The notes beneath the pieces were generated by a model, which searched no databases, had not been told where the DNA came from, and saw only the letters and a list, made by a program, of their open reading frames with translations. From positions 640,001-704,000 of the forward strand of contig OY969767.1 in assembly GCA_963702895.1 (NCBI GenBank): DNA of 64,000 bases, written 5' to 3'. The position numbers and the translations under genes were made by a program. The first letter of the stretch is position 1, and every line of letters begins with the position of its first letter. This DNA is from an uncultured Elusimicrobia bacterium. Lineage in GTDB: Bacteria; Elusimicrobiota; Elusimicrobia; 2-01-FULL-59-12. This document shows positions 60,588 to 64,000 of this stretch, piece after piece.

Positions 60588-62806
60588 TTGTTTTCAACCT
60601 CCGAGTTATCAGCCGCTCCCCCGTTATGGGCAGCGGCGACAGATCCATCAGGACTTGTGACATTGCTGGCGGCGGCCATGGAATACGCGCGCACTCGACC
60701 GATGGCATCGTTGCCCGCTCGTGTCGCGACCACAGCGCCATTGGCGTCGCGCTCGAAAATAGGGACATAGGAATCCGACGGATCGTTCGGGCCAACCATG
60801 GCGCCTTTATAATTAAGGCTGAGCATGTTCACGGAATAAGTCGCGGCTTTATCCTTCGTCGGCATGGAGTCCTGGGACACATAGACCACCTTGTCAGGTG
60901 TGACCCCGTTGTTTTCAGAGCTCTGAATAAAAACTTTCCCTAATACGCCAGTGCCGATCCCGGGCAGTTTGCCGCCGCCAACGGAGGTGTCGAGGGCGTT
61001 TCTCCAGCCGGTCAGCTCGCTCGCCTTGATGGCGATGGATTTGTCGGAGGGTCCCTCTAAGCCCAGGTTGAGCCCCAAGGCCATGAGCGCCGCGGCAGAG
61101 GTGATCATAAATACGTTTTTGCTTCCCAGGCTCTTGTACCAGGGCTTGGGCTCGGCGTACTTTTTCTCTTGGGCAACCACCTTCTGACCGTTGGCGGATG
61201 TGGTCTGGCTCGTTGGCGTCGTCTGCGTGGCTGGGACTGGCGGTACATCGCCGGGGCCGCCTTCTTCGTTGTCCTTCTTTTTTTTATGACCGAGCCAATA
61301 GCCAAGCGCCATGATGAGGCCGGCGACCATGGCCGAGTAGCCCACGCCCCATTTGAAAATAGCATCAAAACCCTGCATAAAGCTTGTAACAGACGGGACC
61401 AAGCTGACGATCCCTGTCCATGCGGACTGGCCCTCCTGGAGATTGCCCAGCGCCATTCCCAAAGCAAAGAGCGAAAAACCTCCGCCGATCATGCCCACGA
61501 GCGCCATGGGATTGGATTTCATGCGCTGGCCTAGCGAGGTTTCTGATCCGGCCGAAGCTCCGGCGCCCGCGCCTTTTTCGGTGATCTCCTCAGGGCCCCT
61601 AAGCCCCGCTGCCATTTCCCCGGCTGCCTGGTCATTCATGCTTGCACCGATGAGATTGCCCTCGCTGTCGTAAACCCTTGTTACGGTTTTGTCAGAATAT
61701 TGAACGTTGGGATTGACGTTGCCCTTTTCGTCAAAAAAGTTTCCTGAAGATGCAGGACCAGTCTCTTTCACGACGGTAACACCCGTCTCGGCAAATACTT
61801 TGCTTTCTCCCGGCTTCATCGAGGCTATGGTCTGCGCATAGCGCGCGCTGTTCGCCCTTGCTTCGTCCGCAGACCAAAGGGCCGTGCTCACCACTTTTCG
61901 TGCCGTGTCAGCATTGTACGTGCTGATCGATTTACCGTTGCCGAGGGGCACGGTGTATTCTGTTTTGCCGCCAACGGTTTGCGTTGTGACACGTGGGTCA
62001 TACAATGGATCCGCTTCGTTAAAGGACTTTCCTCCTATTAGGTGCTGATCAAAGGGGACGGTGTTTCCATCCGAATAGGTAGTAGCAGTGGGGTTGCGTG
62101 GTTTCACATAGGGTGCTGAAAGGTCAGCTGTTCCGATCTTGCTCGTTGTGCTGCTTAAAGGTGTTCCGTTCACAATGGCATTCTTGATATTGTGCGCACT
62201 GGCGCCAGCGATAGAGTGATCGGCATTCGCCGTGTCAAGATATCCTGCGACCTCTCCGTTGCTGCCCTTCAGTTCAAAATAACCTACGCCGTTCTGATCC
62301 TTTGCCATAGCACCAACTTTATAGGACACACCGTTTTTCCCAGCAAAAGTCACTGTCTGCCCTGTGACTATCTTTTGACCACCGTAATCAATCCCATCTG
62401 TAACGGGAGTAAAAGTAAGCTGTGTAGCGGGTACCGGGGCGGCGGCCTGTGAATGCGAAGCAACAAGCGGAGTGGGTGCCGGGGCGGCGGCCTGTGAATG
62501 CGAAGAAACAAGCGGAGCGGGTGGCGTAGCAGGAGGAGTGGGTGTCGGATAACCAGGAAATGGCGGTAATGATTGATGCAAATCCCCAGTAGACCGGAAT
62601 GTCCCAAGGGTAGTGTGACCATCTACGATAGTTGTAACTCCATTATTCGGTGAATAGGAAAGTTGATAGTTCCCGCCGAGACTACTAAAGTGGTCGCCAT
62701 TGGGCACAAGTATCTTGTTATTGATCAGATCTCTATAGGCAGTAACGGCATTGCCATTAGGCATTGTTAATACAATTTTCTCATACGGTGATGTGATTGA
62801 GCTCAT
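60584..62806 (-). CDS. Uncharacterised 740-aa protein, paralogue of the downstream gene
   Basis: Long ORF, RBS GAGG, ATGA overlap with the next gene. Confidence 0.85.
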   Translation of the reverse strand: MSSITSPYEKIVLTMPNGNAVTAYRDLINNKILVPNGDHFSSLGGNYQLSYSPNNGVTTIVDGHTTLGTFRSTGDLHQSLPPFPGYPTPTPPATPPAPLVSSHSQAAAPAPTPLVASHSQAAAPVPATQLTFTPVTDGIDYGGQKIVTGQTVTFAGKNGVSYKVGAMAKDQNGVGYFELKGSNGEVAGYLDTANADHSIAGASAHNIKNAIVNGTPLSSTTSKIGTADLSAPYVKPRNPTATTYSDGNTVPFDQHLIGGKSFNEADPLYDPRVTTQTVGGKTEYTVPLGNGKSISTYNADTARKVVSTALWSADEARANSARYAQTIASMKPGESKVFAETGVTVVKETGPASSGNFFDEKGNVNPNVQYSDKTVTRVYDSEGNLIGASMNDQAAGEMAAGLRGPEEITEKGAGAGASAGSETSLGQRMKSNPMALVGMIGGGFSLFALGMALGNLQEGQSAWTGIVSLVPSVTSFMQGFDAIFKWGVGYSAMVAGLIMALGYWLGHKKKKDNEEGGPGDVPPVPATQTTPTSQTTSANGQKVVAQEKKYAEPKPWYKSLGSKNVFMITSAAALMALGLNLGLEGPSDKSIAIKASELTGWRNALDTSVGGGKLPGIGTGVLGKVFIQSSENNGVTPDKVVYVSQDSMPTKDKAATYSVNMLSLNYKGAMVGPNDPSDSYVPIFERDANGAVVATRAGNDAIGRVRAYSMAAASNVTSPDGSVAAAHNGGAADNSEVENK

Positions 62807-62859
62807 CCGAGTCGTCCTCTCATTCTTACCCCAATGCTCTTTTCTAGGTGGCTGGGAAT

Positions 62860-62913
62860 AGTTTGACGTTTTAGTGTTACAAGCGGGTTAATTGAATGTT
62901 ACATTTCGGTTAA
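62860..62913 (-). promoter_or_regulatory. Four hexamers at exact 11-bp period (OmpR/PhoB-type boxes) upstream of the 740-aa pair
   Basis: Minus strand TTAACC-N5-GTAACA-N5-TTAACC-N5-GTAACA-N9-CAAACT. Confidence 0.6.
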
Positions 62914-63196
62914 ATCCGCCTTCCCGGATGGCCTATGCCTCCGACGGAGAACCCCAAAATGGCATAGGTCCTTTGGCGAAGGTATATAGGCCCATAAAAT
63001 GGCGCGAAAAATCGAGAAACGAGAAGCGAGAAACCAGAGCTGAGAGCAAAAAAATGGGGGTAATTTTTGCCCGATTGGCCTGGGCCTTTCGACTACTAAA
63101 ACATGGGCCCTATGGAAAAATATATTAGACGAAAAGGGGAAGGTCCAATGGCGAGCAGCATGAATAACGTTCCCAAAGAGTTCATAGCAAAAATGA

Positions 63197-63550
63197 CAAA
63201 GCAGAGACACGAAAGCAAAAACTCAGAGCAGAAATCTCGTATTTCTGCTTTGTGGCTTTGCTTTCGTCGGTCTGCTTTGTCAGTTCTGTTTTGATCTTTG
63301 AGAAAGATCCAGCTTTCAGAGCAGAATCACCAAAGCAGAGACACGAACGCAAAAACACAACGCAGAAATCTCAGAGTTCTGCTTTTGCTTTCGTCGGTCT
63401 GCTTTGAGGGCTCTGCTTTGCTCTTTGAGAAAGATCCAGCTCTCAGAGCAGAATCACCAAAGCAGAGACACGAACGCAAAAACTCAGAGCAGAAATCTCA
63501 GAGTTCTGCTTTTGCTTTCGTCGGTCTGCTTTGAGGGCTCTGCTTTGTTC
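63197..63550. repeat. Three tandem 127-134-bp palindromic units
   Basis: Units start at 63197, 63331 and 63458; each reads CAAAGCAGA...TCTGCTTTG. Confidence 0.9.
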
Positions 63551-63668
63551 TTTTGCTTTCATGGCAATCCCCCCACCCACCCTCCCCTTGCACACGCAGG
63601 AAGCCAGTCACCCTTCCGCCGTCCGTCTCTTCCGCCGCCCGCCTCTTCCGGCGTCTCCGTCTGAAGAA

Positions 63669-63696
63669 TGAATATCTCCCGCGTTTCTGCATCTAA
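63669..63696 (+). promoter_or_regulatory. TGAATA-N14-GCATCTAA putative ECF-type promoter
   Basis: Exact motif preceded by CGTCTCCGTCTGAAGAA, as in the 4-9 kb copies. Confidence 0.65.
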
Positions 63697-63773
63697 ATAG
63701 TAGGAAGGGATCTCAGAACAGAGAGCACGGATTCAGGAAACCGGTCTAGCGACAGTTCCTGGGGAGGATCGAC

Positions 63774-64000
63774 ATGACGAAACAGGCCAAGCCACGAGCA
63801 GGTCGAAAAGACCATCGACAGATCATGGGCCGCAGCCGTAAGGGGGAGGCTCAATTTCCTGTCGCTCCTCTTCGCGGCGCGCTGCCGGCGGACTACGCCG
63901 ACACGTTTCGACGACTCAAGCGGCGCATCGAACAGGAACGGATGCGGGTTGTCCTCTCGGCCCATTCGGCGATGGTCTTGCTCTATTGGGATCTGGGTCG
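63774..64000 (+). CDS. DUF1016/YhcG-like nuclease-domain protein, 3'-truncated by window edge
   Basis: RBS GGAGG; my translation gives ...LPADYADTFRRLKRRIEQERMRVVLSAHSAMVLLYWDLG, typical of a YhcG N-terminus. Confidence 0.75.
   Translation, partial: MTKQAKPRAGRKDHRQIMGRSRKGEAQFPVAPLRGALPADYADTFRRLKRRIEQERMRVVLSAHSAMVLLYWDLG

Noticed and set aside
58365..62806. Equal 740-aa length as a functional ruler
   Set aside because: Domain boundaries and linker lengths differ between the paralogues; coincidence cannot be excluded from two sequences.
62807..63160. c-di-GMP riboswitch upstream of the 740-aa pair
   Set aside because: Considered because of the nearby GGDEF gene, but I could not find the GEMM motifs.
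63197..63550. CRISPR array
   Set aside because: Units are 127-134 bp and nearly fully repeated, with no unique spacers and no cas genes in the window.

Overview
64-kb bacterial chromosomal window, roughly 60% GC by eye. Gene content and repeat style suggest Elusimicrobiota, but that is inference only. (1) 1-10.2 kb is an accessory/defence patch: the 3' part of a type I restriction subunit, an orphan ParB, four ORF6N-related genes or remnants, three type II toxin-antitoxin pairs and an IS110/IS1111 element. (2) 10.2-54.3 kb is mostly housekeeping: feoAB, groESL with CIRCE, yggS-proC-yggU-mtnA-ileS-lspA-lgt-rluD-gmk-rpoZ-coaC-coaB-udg, a second IS1111 copy, priA, def-fmt-htpX-rlmN, rpe-rpsP-trmD-rplS-rnhB, a fourth TA pair, and yraN-comM-dprA-topA-xerC. 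It is dense with palindromic REP/MITE-like repeats, two of them in-frame inside ileS. (3) 54.4-64 kb holds four response-regulator genes with no kinase in the window, two tandem paralogous 740-aa uncharacterised membrane proteins, tandem 127-bp hairpins and the start of a DUF1016 gene. Best signals: (a) the two IS1111 copies carry 3' bridge-RNA-like structures whose right target guide differs between copies and matches each copy's own insertion site, and both sit at the terminal inverted repeat of a TA-flanked MITE-like repeat; (b) a motif TGAATA-N14-GCATCTAA occurs seven times with fixed spacing, upstream of all four TA pairs, ORF6N, DUF1016 and the yraN-comM-dprA genes, suggesting an ECF-sigma-like regulon; (c) 11-bp-phased OmpR/PhoB-type boxes lie upstream of both a receiver gene and the 740-aa protein pair. 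No tRNA, rRNA or CRISPR array was recognised. All family assignments come from motif recognition by eye, not from database searches.
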